64,000 bases of DNA from Octopus vulgaris (taxonomy: Eukaryota). The position numbers were made by a program, and so were the translations under genes. Shown one piece after another: positions 42,041 through 56,267 of the stretch. Below the pieces are notes generated by a model. That model worked only from the letters and a program-made list of their open reading frames with translations, had not been told where the DNA came from and did no database searches. Location: NCBI GenBank assembly GCA_951406725.2, contig OX597835.1:7750001-7814000 (forward strand). The letters run 5' to 3'. Within the stretch, counting starts at the first letter, position 1. Each line of letters opens with the position of its first letter.

Positions 42041-43247
42041 TCGATCCTACTGCATGTCGAGCAAAGCTTTGTTGTCATACCCTGGGTTGTGAGTGAAAAT
42101 GTTACTTGGAATTAACTTGCATTATGTTTGTTGTTACTATCTTTCAACCCCAGGTCAGGACTGACTGAATTCATTTACGATCAATGTCATTTCAATGAGA
42201 TCCTACCGTATTTTTCTATATAACGAATAATATTGTCTAACCCGTACTTCCTTTTAAGACAATGGTGTGATTTGAGGAAAATTAGACTCCTTATTTCTAG
42301 TATATCGAGCATTCGCCTAGAACAGAGGTTCTTGTAGCGTTTTTTATGAACGAACTTTGTCACGCACTCCAGGTTTTTGAAATGACTGGCAACTCACCAA
42401 ACTAATTTTATTATTACAGGTAGCTAGCAAAAGGCCCGATGGGAATATTAGTCAGAATATATCAGTGAAAAACAATGAGAATTCTTCATCTTGGAAATTC
42501 AGACAAAATCGATTTTGAACAGCGTCTGTGTACCGTTCTTCCTTCAATCTGTCGCGCTCGCTAGGTCACTCGGTTATACAAGGCATAAACACTCGCGCGC
42601 GCGTACACACACACATACGTATCCACGCGCGTTCGCACGCGCACACGTGCGTGCACGCACAGACACATGCATACGTACATATCTCGTAACCTAGAGAGCG
42701 ACGTTAGCGTTGACAAGAAGCGTAGCCTCTCCTGGACCTGCGATAGATACATTACATCCCACCTAGAAGGACATGCTTTCGTTATCCAGGAACAGGAACT
42801 ACTAAATACTTGATGAACAAGGACAAAGATACCACCAAACCGCCACGTTATGATAAAAAATGTCGAGTCTGCTATACTAGTGGGGAACCTAATTTATGTA
42901 ATAGCCTGCTCGGGTTGGAGTCATCAGTACATTGGACAAACGAGTTTAATTTTGAGGAAGAGAATCACTCTGCATAAGGAGCAAATCCGTTTCCCGCATT
43001 ACAGACAAATTCCTCTTAGTGAACACATAGAAAAATGTGCAGGTAACATCAAACCAAATTTTACAGTCTTCCCTTTCTACCAGTGCAAAGACACAATCTC
43101 TCAACTAGAACGCTTAAATAAAGAAACTTTTTTTAATTGAAAAATACAAAACGCGTCTTAATAAGCACGCATAACCAATTTTTATATTTTTACATATTAC
43201 ATCACTGTACATAAATCCCCTACTAAACAAGCATATAAATTAAACAT

Positions 43248-43284
43248 TGTATCATGAATAGCGATTGCGAAACCGGTCGACACA
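43248..43284 (+). ncRNA. Minimal hammerhead with an A3:U8 variant core
   Basis: tgtatc-ATGAATA-gc(gatt)gc-GAAA-ccg-GTC-gacaca; stem III is palindromic (ACCGGT). It lies about 110 nt after the GIY-YIG ORF. Confidence 0.65.
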
Positions 43285-43468
43285 TTAAAAATTATACTAT
43301 AACCATGTAACTGTGCGTATGTTCCGTTTTTATTTTCTTATATTGTCTCGAATTAATATTATATATATATATATATATAAGTATATATATAAAAAATGTC
43401 ACCGCGTGGGTACCGTTGGCGATTTTTTTCCTCTGTCTTCCCTTCTCTGGATCTTTCCTTCTCCAATG

Positions 43469-43501
43469 TTTCCGACGAAGAGCTCCGTTCGAAACGTTAA
43501 A
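43469..43501 (+). ncRNA. Degenerate minimal hammerhead-like motif (CCGACGA core, extra A)
   Basis: ttt-CCGACGA-a-gagc(tcc)gttc-GAAA-cg-TT-aaa. Confidence 0.4.
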
Positions 43502-43602
43502 CCCTCCTTCTTTCCTTCTTTCCTGACCGTCTCCAATAATACTATATTTGTTCCACGTCCTCGCGTTGTTGTGTTTTTTTGTGCTTTCATGTTTGGATTA
43601 AC

Positions 43603-43634
<32 letters not shown>

Positions 43635-44525
43635 TGTATGTATGTATGTACGTATAACACTTTTTTATAACTATCTCGCTAGCGAGTCTTGTAATATAAA
43701 TACATATTTATTTATCTCTATGACTATCTCTAACGAGATAGCTAAGTTATATATTAAACATATATCTGTCATTTTTTATATATCGATCCAACAAGCTACC
43801 TAGTCAGACAGTTAAAAAGCTATACAACCAGCTATGTGTTGAACGATTAATCGCGTTTTCCTTTTTTATACACCATTCTTTCCTTTCATTATTCTATATT
43901 TTTTTAACTAGTTGCTATAGTTACATTTCTTCCAGCCACATAGTTTGCTTCAGACGTTATGTATAAAAGTACAAACTTATGAGTGAAGTGACCTACAAGC
44001 CTGACATATTTTTTTTAAATACCACCAGTTCTTAAGCCAGTTAATCTAGATCACTTTCGTATGATATAGTCAATGTGGAAAACATTTGATGTTCTTAACA
44101 TCCAATATTTTACACATTAAATATGCGATCCACGTTGAACGGCAAAGTAAACTCCCTTTCAACCGGAAATGTAAAACTGTTTCAGTCTTTTCTCCAATCC
44201 AATTCACTTACAGGAGATGGATCTCTATAAACTTTCATAAGTAGTCAGTTGGCCGAGTATTCCAGAGTCATATGTACCTTTAATGTAATTCACAAGTAGT
44301 GGAACAGTCTGTAACAAGACCTTGAAATTACAGCAATAATCCATCAGACGGGTTTTTATATAATATCTGTCCACTTTTGACTCTCAAAGTTTACTTTATT
44401 TTGAGGTGATAGTAAAACAATTGCTTAAAATACCACGGAGTGGGATCGAATTCGAAACCATCTTGACCGTTTAGTCAAGCTGAAACCGATTCTACAGTTA
44501 ATTAATGTCCTTGTGCGAAGGTATG

Positions 44526-44751
44526 GCTGGCAGAATCGTTAGCATGCCGGGCAAAATGCTTAGCGGTATTTCGTCTGCCGCTACGTTCTCAGTTCAAATT
44601 CGCTGAGGTCGACTTTGCCTTTCATCCTTTCGGGGTCGATAAATTAAGTACCAGTTACGCACTGGGGTCGATGTAATCGATTAATACCTATGTCTGTCCT
44701 TGTTTGTCCCGTCTATGTTTAGCCCCTTGTGGGTAATAAAGAAATAGGTAT
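44526..44751 (+). mobile_element. SINE family C monomer
   Basis: Matches the family C consensus. Confidence 0.85.
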
Positions 44752-45286
44752 GAACATCACGCATTCCATTTCCTTGTCCAATCTAAAGCATAGAAACATT
44801 TTAGCTAGTCTTAGAAGAATTGCGCACATTTAATTAACTGACGTCAGTGAAGAAGAGCTAAGCTTGGACCAAGTCTAGGAATATGGCATTGCCAAGCAGG
44901 ACATTATTTCCACCAAGTAAAATGTGACCGAGCAGCTGTTCCTATGATCGAAATCATTCAAGATTGATATTTTGATTGATATTTTGGGTTACGTTATCCA
45001 CCCTTGTTGTTGTTGTTGTTGTTGTTGTTGTTTTTGGTGATGACGACAGGGGTGGTGGAGCTGGTGGTGATGAGGACAACGTTCATGATGATGGGATGAG
45101 AAAAAATGATGTTGATAATGTTTGTTATGCTTAGTGGCATCTCTTCCGGCTCTTTACGTTCTGAGGACGAACATTGCCGGGGGTCGACTTCGTTTTTTCA
45201 TCCGTTCGAGGTCGATAAAATTCAGCACCAGGCGAGTACTGAGATCGATATCATCGATTAACACTTTCCGCAAAATTTGATGGCCC

Positions 45287-45288
<2 letters not shown>

Positions 45289-45320
<32 letters not shown>

Positions 45321-45740
45321 TGTATGTATGTATGTATGTATGTATGTATGTATGTATGTATGTATGTATGTATGTATGTATGTATGTGTGTATGTATGTA
45401 TATATTTATGTATGTATGTATGTATGTATGTATGTATGTATGCATGTATGTATGTATGTATGTGTGTATGTATGTATGTGTGTATGTATGTATTTGTGTG
45501 TGTAAGTAAGTATGTATGTATGGATGTATGTATGTATGGATGGATGTATGAATGTATGGATGGATGGTTGTATGTATGGATGGATGAATGTATGAATGTA
45601 TGTATGTATGGAATAATGTATGCATGTATGTATAGATGGATGGATATATGGATGTATGTATGTATGCATGTATGTATGTATTGATGGATGGATGGATGGA
45701 TGTATGCATGCATGCATGCATGTATGTATGTACGTACGTA
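45289..45740. repeat. (TATG)n/(GATG)n microsatellite
   Basis: Simple repeat visible in the sequence. Confidence 0.95.
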
Positions 45741-46139
45741 CACTCACACACACACACACACACACAAACAAAACAAAATTCGATACCTAATTCAAAGCCA
45801 AGCTACAAGCAACTCGACTACAACTGGATCAACCACCTTCTTATTAATATCATACCGCAGTCTCGTAATGCTGAGGGCAAACTTAAAATGACTTATGTAA
45901 TTCACAAATTTAATTGTGAAAGTGAAAGTTGCAAACAGCCGCCGCCGCTAAATACGCGGGATCAGTCATCTGTAACCGACCGGCCGAGGGGCGGTGATGG
46001 GGTTCAGATACCGTTTATGTGTTTGCCTTTAATATGACCATATTTAATGTCGTCTCGTGAACGACGCGGGTGGTGTGGAGCGTATCTATGTACCTCTATA
46101 TATGGGATCATGTTAATACGTGTATATTTACTTTTCTGT

Positions 46140-46525
46140 GGAGGTGCAATGGCCCAGTGGTTAGGGCAGCGGACTCGCGGTCGTAGGATCGCGGTTTCGA
46201 TTCCCAGACCGGGCGTTGTGAGTGTTTATTGAGCGAAAACACCTAAAAGCTCCATGAGGCTCCGGCAGGGGATGGTGGTGATCCCTGCTGTACTCTTTCA
46301 CCACAACTTTCTCTCAAACTTACTTCCTGTTTCTGTTGTACCTGTATTTCAAAGAGCCATCCTTGTCAATCTCTCTGTGTCACGCTCAATATCCCCGAGA
46401 ACTACGTTAAGGGTGCACGTGTCTGTGGAGTGCTCAGCCACTTACACGTTAATTTCACGAGCAGGCTGTTCCGTTGATTCGGATCAACCGGAACCCTCAT
46501 CGTCGCAACCGACGGAGTGCTTCCA
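46140..46525 (+). mobile_element. SINE family A, full length, 12-bp TSD
   Basis: TSD atttacttttct on both sides. Confidence 0.9.
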
Positions 46526-46783
46526 TTTACTTTTCTTCAGTTTATCATTTAATCCATATCGTTTGTCCTTTCTTTATTCTCTATCTTCTATTGTTTTACT
46601 CTTTGTCATGTATTCACTGTGAACCATAGCGAGACCCATTTACCGGTTATAATCCGGAAATTGGATCCATATTCTATCAGTATAGCTAACAACCTACTGG
46701 CGACCACAGCATACCAAGCGAAACCGAGTGTGTGTGTGTGTGTGTATACCCACACATTCATGCATACGTATTCTTTTTTTTTC

Positions 46784-46942
46784 CTTGTTTCAGTCATTTG
46801 ACTGCGGCCATGCTGGAGCACCGCCTTTAGTCGAGCAAATCAACCCCGGGACTTATTCTTTGTAAGTCTCTTTTGCCGAACCGCTAAGTGACGGGGACGT
46901 AAACACACCAGCATCGGTTGTCAAGCAATGCTAGGGGGACAA

Positions 46943-47009
<67 letters not shown>

Positions 47010-47175
47010 TACGACAGGCTTCTTTCAGTTTCTGTCTACCAAATCCACTCACAAGGCATTGCTCAGCCCGGGGCTATAGGAGAAGACACTTGCCCAAGAT
47101 GCCACGCAGTAGGACTGAACCCGGAACCATGTGGTTGGTTAGCAAGCTACTTACCTCACAGCCACTCCTGCGCCT
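46784..47175 (-). mobile_element. SINE family B
   Basis: Matches family B, with a small internal deletion. Confidence 0.85.
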
Positions 47176-47274
47176 ATACATATTTATGTATTATATCTAT
47201 ATACATATATATACTTATGTATATATGTGTGTCTCTTTTTGTGGATGTGTATGTATATATATAAATATATCAGA

Positions 47275-47458
47275 CGCCATGATAGATCGTTAGCCACAAC
47301 ACACATTCTTTTCTCTCCTTGTTTTTTTCTGTGTCCCTTTCTGTAGAAGAGCGTAGGCTCGAAACGTAAAAGACTTTTTCTATTCCTGAGCGTTATACTA
47401 ATACATCTGTTTGTTTTGTACACCACCTGTCTTCGTCTTTTGTTTTTTTCGTAAACTC

Positions 47459-47462
<4 letters not shown>
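47275..47462 (+). mobile_element. Penelope-like terminal repeat with a hammerhead-like motif (CTGTAGA core) at about 47337-47372
   Basis: cttt-CTGTAGA-a-gagc(gtag)gctc-GAAA-cg-TA-aaag; homologous to 3215-3345. Confidence 0.5.
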
Positions 47463-47494
<32 letters not shown>

Positions 47495-47890
47495 TGTGTG
47501 TGTATATATATATATGTATATATATATATATAAAATACGAAACGGGGCAAGAATGCAAAACATCCAGATAGACGATACAAAAAAACAAGGACGGGTCATT
47601 CGAAGCCTTTAATCTTCAGTCAAGAACCGGATCATCCTCGTAATTTCGGCTGATTAATCTTGAGATTGCCCCAATCTGGCCAGCCCCAAGGAAAAAACTA
47701 AGCTAAGAGTATTCGATTCCTTGGAAAAAAGCTTCGAATGTATACGAAACAAGGACGGAAAAACGGACGATATTGCACGAATATAAATTCAAAAATAATA
47801 CAACAAAACTACAAAAAACAACAATAATAATAATAATAATAATAGGACATAACAACAGGCGTCATTCGATTATAAATATACATATACACA

Positions 47891-47948
47891 TAGATAGACA
47901 GGCAGATAGATAAATAGACAGATAGATAGATAATAGATAGATAGATAA

Positions 47949-48007
<59 letters not shown>

Positions 48008-48069
48008 GATAGATAGATAGATAAATGGATAGATAGATAATAGATAGATAGATAGATAATAGATAGATG

Positions 48070-48100
<31 letters not shown>

Positions 48101-48109
48101 GGATAGATG

Positions 48110-48164
<55 letters not shown>
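47891..48164. repeat. (GATA)n microsatellite
   Basis: Simple repeat visible in the sequence. Confidence 0.95.
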
Positions 48165-48165
<1 letters not shown>

Positions 48166-48712
48166 TGTATTGCATTTATATCTGATCTCCGACAGCTTAT
48201 TGCTCACCATAAACATATAAATAAACACACTCACAAACGTGCCCGCGCATACACACACACACACACACACTCTTATAATTTTAGATGAATCTTTTCAGGA
48301 GAGAACGCTCATTTCATTTTCTGTTATTTCCTTCGTTTGCTACACAGACGTCTTTATTCCTTATCTATAGAAATATATTATTAGAAAACGTATAGAAATA
48401 CATTATTAACAAGTATCAATATAATTCCTTTGGAGAAAATTACACTTTTCTACGAGTAGATTCTTTTCTTTTTTTTCTGTCTCGTTTTCTGTCTTATTGC
48501 TATTCGGTAAACTCACACGTTTCGTTTCAATTTCTCACCTGTCCTCTCTTCTTCTCTATCACTTTCTTTTTTCTATCCTTCGCTCATCCTGTGCCTTTTT
48601 CGCTATCGTAACTCTTTATCTTTTTCTTTCCCTCTCGTTTACTCTTTTCCTCACTCTGACCCGTCCATCCTCTGTGTTTCGTAAAAGATGGAAGTATATA
48701 GCAAGTGTGGTG

Positions 48713-49093
48713 CAAGCACTCCGTCGGTTACGACGACGAGGGTTCCGGTTGATCCGAATCAACGGAACAGCCTGCTCGTGAAATTAACGTGTAAGTGGCT
48801 GAGCACTCCACAGACACGTGTACCCTTAACGTAGTTCTCGGGGATATTCAGCGTGACACAGAGAGTGACAAGGCCGGCCCCTTAAAATACAGGTACAACA
48901 GAAACAGGAAGTAAGAGTGAGAGAAAGTTGTGGTGAAAGAGTACAGGAGGGATCACCACCATCCCCTGCCAGAGCCTCGTGGATCTTTAGGTGTTTTCGC
49001 TCAATAAACACTCACAACGCCCGGTCTGGGAATCGAAACCGCGATCCTATGACCGTGAGTCGGCTGCCCTAACCACTGGGCCATTGCGCCTCC
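48713..49093 (-). mobile_element. SINE family A, full length
   Basis: Matches family A; TSD unclear. Confidence 0.88.
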
Positions 49094-49701
49094 AAGTATG
49101 TCGGGAGTGAAAGAACCTGTTTAAACGAAAATATATAAAAAGAAGAAAGCAAAGTCTTCAGTGTGAGTATGTGGGGTTTTTTTGGGGGGGGGGGGGCACC
49201 GGCGTCCTCTGTTTCATTTTTTGTAAATCACTCATTCTCATTTAATTGTATATATTTTAATTGTTTGTTTATTCATACGTTTCGTCTCATTCAATACCTT
49301 GACCCCCAATGTTTGTTTTGTCTGTCCTCATATCGACCCCTCTTTTCTCAACCTTATGGTGAATAAAGAAATTCTCTCTCTCTCTTTCTCTCTTTCTCAG
49401 CTTTTATAAATTGTATAAAACGCCATCCGTTTCATGAATTCATGAAAACAAAACGCTGAAGGAATGTAATGTGTAATGGATCTAATTGAAAAATATAAAT
49501 TTAATTTTGATTTATCCAAATTTTCAATTTCTAATTAAATACCACGACGCAATTGTTTGATAAGTCTTCGCATGGCACACAAGCTTCCAACTCTACATTC
49601 AGTGCTGGCACCAACGGTCAATCAGGTACTTATCTAAGCAGGTAGTCAACTGGCAATCTACCAACCAATAGGCAGTCGATTATCGATACAGCTAAACAGT
49701 A

Positions 49702-49753
49702 ATGGTTGTGATGCATGTGCCTGGTGTACACCAGACACATGCATCACAACCAT
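49702..49753. repeat. 52-bp near-perfect palindrome
   Basis: atggttgtgatgcatgtgcctggtgt|acaccagacacatgcatcacaaccat; one mismatch and no spacer. Confidence 0.85.
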
Positions 49754-50688
49754 ATGTGCGCAACACGGCTATCTCATATCAAGATAAACATCACATGATC
49801 TTGCAGGTGGGCCCTGTTAGAATTTTCTTCAGGTCGAGTAGCCCATCCCGCTCAAAAGATCCCTGAATAAGCTTTGCTTAAGGATGCTGAACAAAGAATT
49901 CGTCTTAACACATGGCTATGATACTCCTCTATTACATTTGCTCGGGATTAGAGATGCATGTATCTTCAGCCACTGAGGGACAGTGGCTCAACTAGGTAAA
50001 GTCACATTAATGACAAGTAGATCTGTGCTATTTAGCAGAATATTTGCTGTAGCTCATCATTTATACCAAGACAAAAAGATGTACATGATAATACTTCAGG
50101 TCAGTACTGCATCAGGACATTATTTCGGGTGGTAACTAGTGACTGGTCTCTTAATTTTCTTAGAAGGAAAGAACTCAAGCTTAAATGTAAAAATGTACAA
50201 TCAAGAGAAATCATCCGGAATTGGAATTGAATACTAATGATTGCTGTTGTATGGCCTACTTTTAATCATCTCAAAAGTAGTTTTTGGAACTCCCAGGTAT
50301 ATTGTCAAAGTTGTATACACTTTCATTTTAAACAAAAAACATAAATGTTTATGATTACAATTAACTTCAACTTTGTTGTATATTCTTTCAGGTGTCGATA
50401 AAATAAAGTACAAGTGAAACATTGTGGTCGATGTAATACGCTACCCACCCCCACCCGGTCTAACTTCACGTTTTCTGCCTACGCGAGTGACAGTTAAGCG
50501 GAATGGATTAGCGTTTCACACAGAAATGTGAAACCAGAGAGAAACATATACATACATGCCTGCATGCGCGTATGCATGTATATAATGTGTGTGTGTATGT
50601 ATATATATATATATATATATACATACTTCCATACACACATCAATACATGCATGCGTACATACACACAGACATATAAATATGTATACTC

Positions 50689-50900
50689 TTTCTTTTACGC
50701 TTTTACTTGTTTCAGTCATTTGACTGCGGCCATGCTGGAGCACCGCCTTTAGTCGAGCAAATCGATCCCGGGACTTATTCTTTGTAAGCCCAGTACTTAT
50801 TCTATCGATCTCTTTTGCCGAACCGCTAAGTGGCGGGGACGTAAACACACCAGCATCGGTTATCAAGCAATGCTAGGGGGACAAACACACACACACACAA

Positions 50901-50955
<55 letters not shown>

Positions 50956-51120
50956 TACGACAAGCTTCTTTCAGTTTCTGTCTACCAAATCCACTCACAA
51001 GGCATTGGTCGGCCCGGGGCTATAGCAGAAGACACTTGCCCAAGATGCCACGCAGTGGGACTGAACCTGGAACCATGTGGTTGGTTAGCAAGCTACTTAC
51101 CACACAGCCACTCCTGCGCC
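50689..51120 (-). mobile_element. SINE family B, full length
   Basis: Matches family B. Confidence 0.88.
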
Positions 51121-51124
51121 TATG

Positions 51125-51177
<53 letters not shown>

Positions 51178-51222
51178 GCATCATACACACATCAAAACAT
51201 GCATGCGTACATATATACAGAC

Positions 51223-51257
<35 letters not shown>

Positions 51258-51841
51258 TGTATGTATGTATGTATGTATGTATGTATGTATGTATGTATGT
51301 ATGTATGTATGTATGTATGTTTGTATGTATGTATGTATGTATGTATGTGTGTGTATGTATGTATGTATGTTTGTATGTATGTATGTATGTATGCATGTGT
51401 ATGACGTCAGACGCAATGGACTTGAAATGTCAGCTTGATTTTGAAATAAAAAAGTTGCTGTTGTTGTCGTTGGAGTCGTTACCTTTGTGTGTATGTGTAC
51501 CACATTCTCGTATTCACCACGCATACTTTCAAATACATAAACACACTCTCACATGAATGTAACCTTTCCTGTATAAGTACACATACACACACACACATAT
51601 ACACACAGGCACACATACACACACAGGCACGTATGTGTGTGTGTGTGTGTATGTATGTATAACACATGTGTGTGTGTGTGTGTGGTTGTGCGTGCGCTTA
51701 AGAGACTAAAAGTCAGAAGAATACTAATCTGATTTTTTCACTTTTCACATCAGATTAAAAACTAAACAGGCAATGTGGTGACGTCATCAACTCCAAATAT
51801 GGCAATGTCACCGCATTACAGAGTTCGACTCTTCTTTGTTC

Positions 51842-52352
<511 letters not shown>

Positions 52353-54409
52353 ATTCATTTTGAGAAAAGTTTTTAACCTTCCGCGTGTTGTTGCTGCTCT
52401 CTAGTTTTTAATGCCTGAATAATCATTAGATGACATTTTTGGGTAGTTTTTTTTTAATGTTTTACATGTTATTTTATATATCTGTCGATAGTATTTTTTG
52501 CTTCACCACACTCTTGTTCTTGTTGTTGGTGTTGTTGGTGTTGGTGTTATAGATAATGTTGACAGCGTTGTTCTTTTTGCTGTTGTTGTATGTAATGTGG
52601 TGTTTGTTGTTATTGTTTTTTGTGTGAGAAGTGATTATATTCTTTGTTGTATTATGTGTTGTTGTTGGTGGTGGTGGTGGTAGTTGTGGTGGTCGTGTTC
52701 GTGGTAGTGTTGTTGTTGGTGGTGGTGATGGTGGTTTTGGTGTTGTTGGTGTTGATGATGGTAATGTTTTTACGCGTTGTTCTGACGTAGTTACTCTTGT
52801 TTTTAACGTGTTGTGCTTCTTCGTATTGTTAACGTTGCTGCTCAATGTTTTTGACATTATTGTGGCTAAGGAGGCGATCTGGCAGAGGCGTTTGGAAGCT
52901 GGACAAAATACTTCAACGCATTTTTCCCGTTTTACATGGTGAGTTCCAACTCTACCGGGGTGGATGTTTGCAATTCATACTTTCTGAGTTCTATGAAATA
53001 AATACCAGTCGAACATTGGGATCGATCCAATCGATTATTCTCCTCTCCCAAATCTCAGGCCTTCTACCTCTATTAGAAAAGGATTATTATTATTATTATT
53101 GATTTAGAGAGCAGTGCATACCATCAAAGTGACACTGGGGTACGAATATACGAAGCCTCTGTATACCCATCACGACTACCCGTCTGATAAGGTCATCCTA
53201 ATCCTCATCCTCATCTCCTCCTCCCTCCTCTTCCTCCCATTCATCCTTCTCCCCCCTCCTCCTCCCCTTTTCCTCCCCCTTCTTCTCCCCTCACATCCTC
53301 TCCTCTACTCACATCCCCTCCCCTCCACTTCCCCCTCCTCCTCTGTCCGTCTTCTGAACATTGTTTGAACAGATATAAAACCAAAAATCATTGCAATTGT
53401 GCCAATCAGGCATAGTGTATCGAAGACTACATTAATCAATGCGTCTTCTTTAAATAGCTGAACTCGATCTGAGGTGAAGTTTTGTCCGCTATCTCTAACA
53501 CGCCTATGTCCCCTTCGTAAATTCCGTTTACAACCCAACGCCCTCCACATCCACACACACATACACACATGCAAGCGCACATACACACATGCAAGCGCAC
53601 ATACACACACATACACGCATACGCGCACACACACACACGTATACACATACACACTATCGGATTCAGTCACCACCACAGTCACCGTCAACACCATTACAAC
53701 CAATTTAGCCGTGTTTTTCAGTTTTTACGTCTCACTAACGTTCATATCTTCAAATGAACAAGCAACCGTCTACACGAGCGATGGATTCAGTTACTATGGA
53801 AACTAAATCAGTTCTGCCATCGACGACTTCTAATTTGTTTTTGAACTAAGAATATTAGAATTAGAATATGTGAAATGGTGATGTCATTCTAAAGATATTC
53901 AATGTTGTCTGCATCAAAACGCTAATTAAATAAATTAGCTTAATGACTAACATATTTTCATCATTTCAACAAGTACTGGAGACATCGGACACGAGTAGGA
54001 TGAGATAATTAGCATATTTAATGGGGAAAAAATTAACCGCAAAAAGAAACCAAGCGTGTGAAGAAGAGAAGTAGTCAAGATGATGTTGACGTAATTAATG
54101 CAGTGTGCATCAAAAATCTAATTAAGTATGTTTATATGATGAGAAAAGAGTCAGCGTTAGCTCCGTGGCTAATATTATTTTAATCATTTCTCTATGTACG
54201 AAAGATAACCAGGTGTGTGAAGAGACTTGTTGCATTTGCAGCAAGAATCAGTGCTGCTCTGCCTCCATTACAAACATCCAGAGTCGGTATTTCAATAAAA
54301 ATAAAGGTTTGTACATTTACAAAAGCATGTGACTTCTCGTTCTCGACTCTGTACATTATTATTACAAACAATAACCTCGTCCAAAAGGTCTAAGGTATTG
54401 ATATCTCGT

Positions 54410-54965
54410 AGGCGGTGAGCTGGCAGGAACGTTAGCACGCCGGGCGAAATGCGTTGCCGTATTTCGTCTGCCGTTACGTCCTGAGTTCAAATTCCGCCGA
54501 AGTCGACTTTGACTTTCATCCTTCCGGAGTCGATAAATTAAGTACCAGCTACGCACTGGGGTCGATGTAATCGACTTAATCCCATTGTCTATCCTTGTTT
54601 GTCTCCTCTATGTTTAGCCCCCTGTGGGTAATAAAGAAATAAGAAACGTTAGCACGCCGGGCGAAATGCGTAGCCGTATTTCCTCTGCCGCTACGTTCTG
54701 AGGTCGACTTTGCCTTTCATCATTCCGGGTTCTATAAATTAGGTACCAGTTACGTACTGGGGTCGATGTAATCAACTTAATCCGTTTGTCTGTCCTTGTT
54801 TATCCTCTCTATGTTAAGCCCCTTGTGGGTAGCAAAGAAATAGGTATTTCGACCGTCGCTACGTTCTGAGTTGAAATTTCGCCGAGGTCGACTTTGGATT
54901 TCATCCTTTCCGGGGCGATTAAATAAGTACTAGCGGAACATTGGATTCGATCTAATCGACTTGAT
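54410..54965 (+). mobile_element. SINE family C, three tandem units of increasing divergence
   Basis: The central domain is repeated at about 54500, 54705 and 54890. Confidence 0.8.
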
Positions 54966-55884
54966 CTCCTCCCTCAAGCTGCCCTTGTGGAAAAAATTTG
55001 AAATCATTATCGTACTACTCTGCACTCCAAAGGTGGTGATGTGGCAGAATTGTTAGCATGCCGGGAAAATTGCTTAACCGGCATTTCGCCTTCCTCACAT
55101 TCTGAGCACAAATTCTGCCGAGGTAGTCTTCACCTTTCATTTCTTCGAAGTGGATAATATAAAGACCATATGAACACCAGGACTGATGTAATTACCCCAA
55201 AATTGCTGGCCTTGTGTCAAAGTTTGAAATTAATATTATCCTTATTATTAGGGCGGCGACCTGTTCGAATCGTTAGCACGGTAGGCAAAATTCTTGGTGG
55301 CATTTCATCCGTCTCTACGTTCCGAGTTCAAATACCCACAATTTTCCAGTTTTATATTTTATCTGAGGTAAATGTATTTAGTACCTCCTGAACTTAGTAT
55401 TGTCTAAAATCTCCGGTGTCTCTGTCACAGCAAAATCATTAATGAGTGTAGCCATATCAAAACAGTTCAATTACGATAAAATCGTTTCAGGAGGAATACT
55501 TGGAGACAGAATATCAACAACACTAGCGATACCGTAGATTATCCACGGTCACGAACCAGAATTACAAAAAGAGTAAAATATGTTTTTAAATGACGAAGCG
55601 TATTTAAATAGCAGTTGTCTCTTGTCACTTCCTCGGGCAGTTAAATCTATGTGACGTTTTTGGTGAAGCTAAGATTCCCACTTCACATCAGATATGATCG
55701 AGTGGATCTGAGGTGAAAATCAGAGGTTGGCAAACGTCATGGAAATGGTCTGCAATAGAAAAGGATTTTATGCCTTGCAGGTATATGAAAATGAAACAAA
55801 ATATTAAACCGTGACCTTGGGAGACTATATATTTTAAAAGACGAATATAATGAAGGAATCGCTAAAGATCTAATGACATCAGAT

Positions 55885-56267
55885 TGGAAGCACTCCGTCG
55901 GTTACGACGATGAGGGTTCCGGTTGATCCGATCAACGGAACAGCCTGCTCCTGAAATTAACGTGTAAGTGGCTGAGCACTCCACAGACACGTGTACCCTT
56001 AACGTAGTTCTCGGGGATATTCAGTGTGACACAGAGAGTGACAAGGCTGGCCCTTTGAAATACAGGTACAACAGAAACAGGAAGTAAGAGTGAGAGAAAG
56101 TTGTGGTGAAAGAGTACAGCAGGGATCACCACCATCCCCTGCCGGAGCCTCGTGGAGCTTTTAGGTGTTTTCGCTCAATAAACACTCACAACGCCCGGTC
56201 TGGGAATCGAAACCGCGATCTTACGACTGCGAGTCCGCTGCCCTAACCACTGGGCCATTGCGCCTCC
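55885..56267 (-). mobile_element. SINE family A, full length, 11-13-bp TSD
   Basis: TSD tgacatcagat(tg) at 55874 and 56270. Confidence 0.9.

Larger units (their letters stand above)
42760..43603 (+). mobile_element. Penelope-like element remnant: GIY-YIG endonuclease fragment plus terminal repeats
   Basis: ORF 42850-43140 NLIYVIACSGWSHQYIGQTS..LRKRITLH..I.......LSEH..KC is a Penelope-type GIY-YIG motif, followed by two hammerhead-like motifs. Confidence 0.85.
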
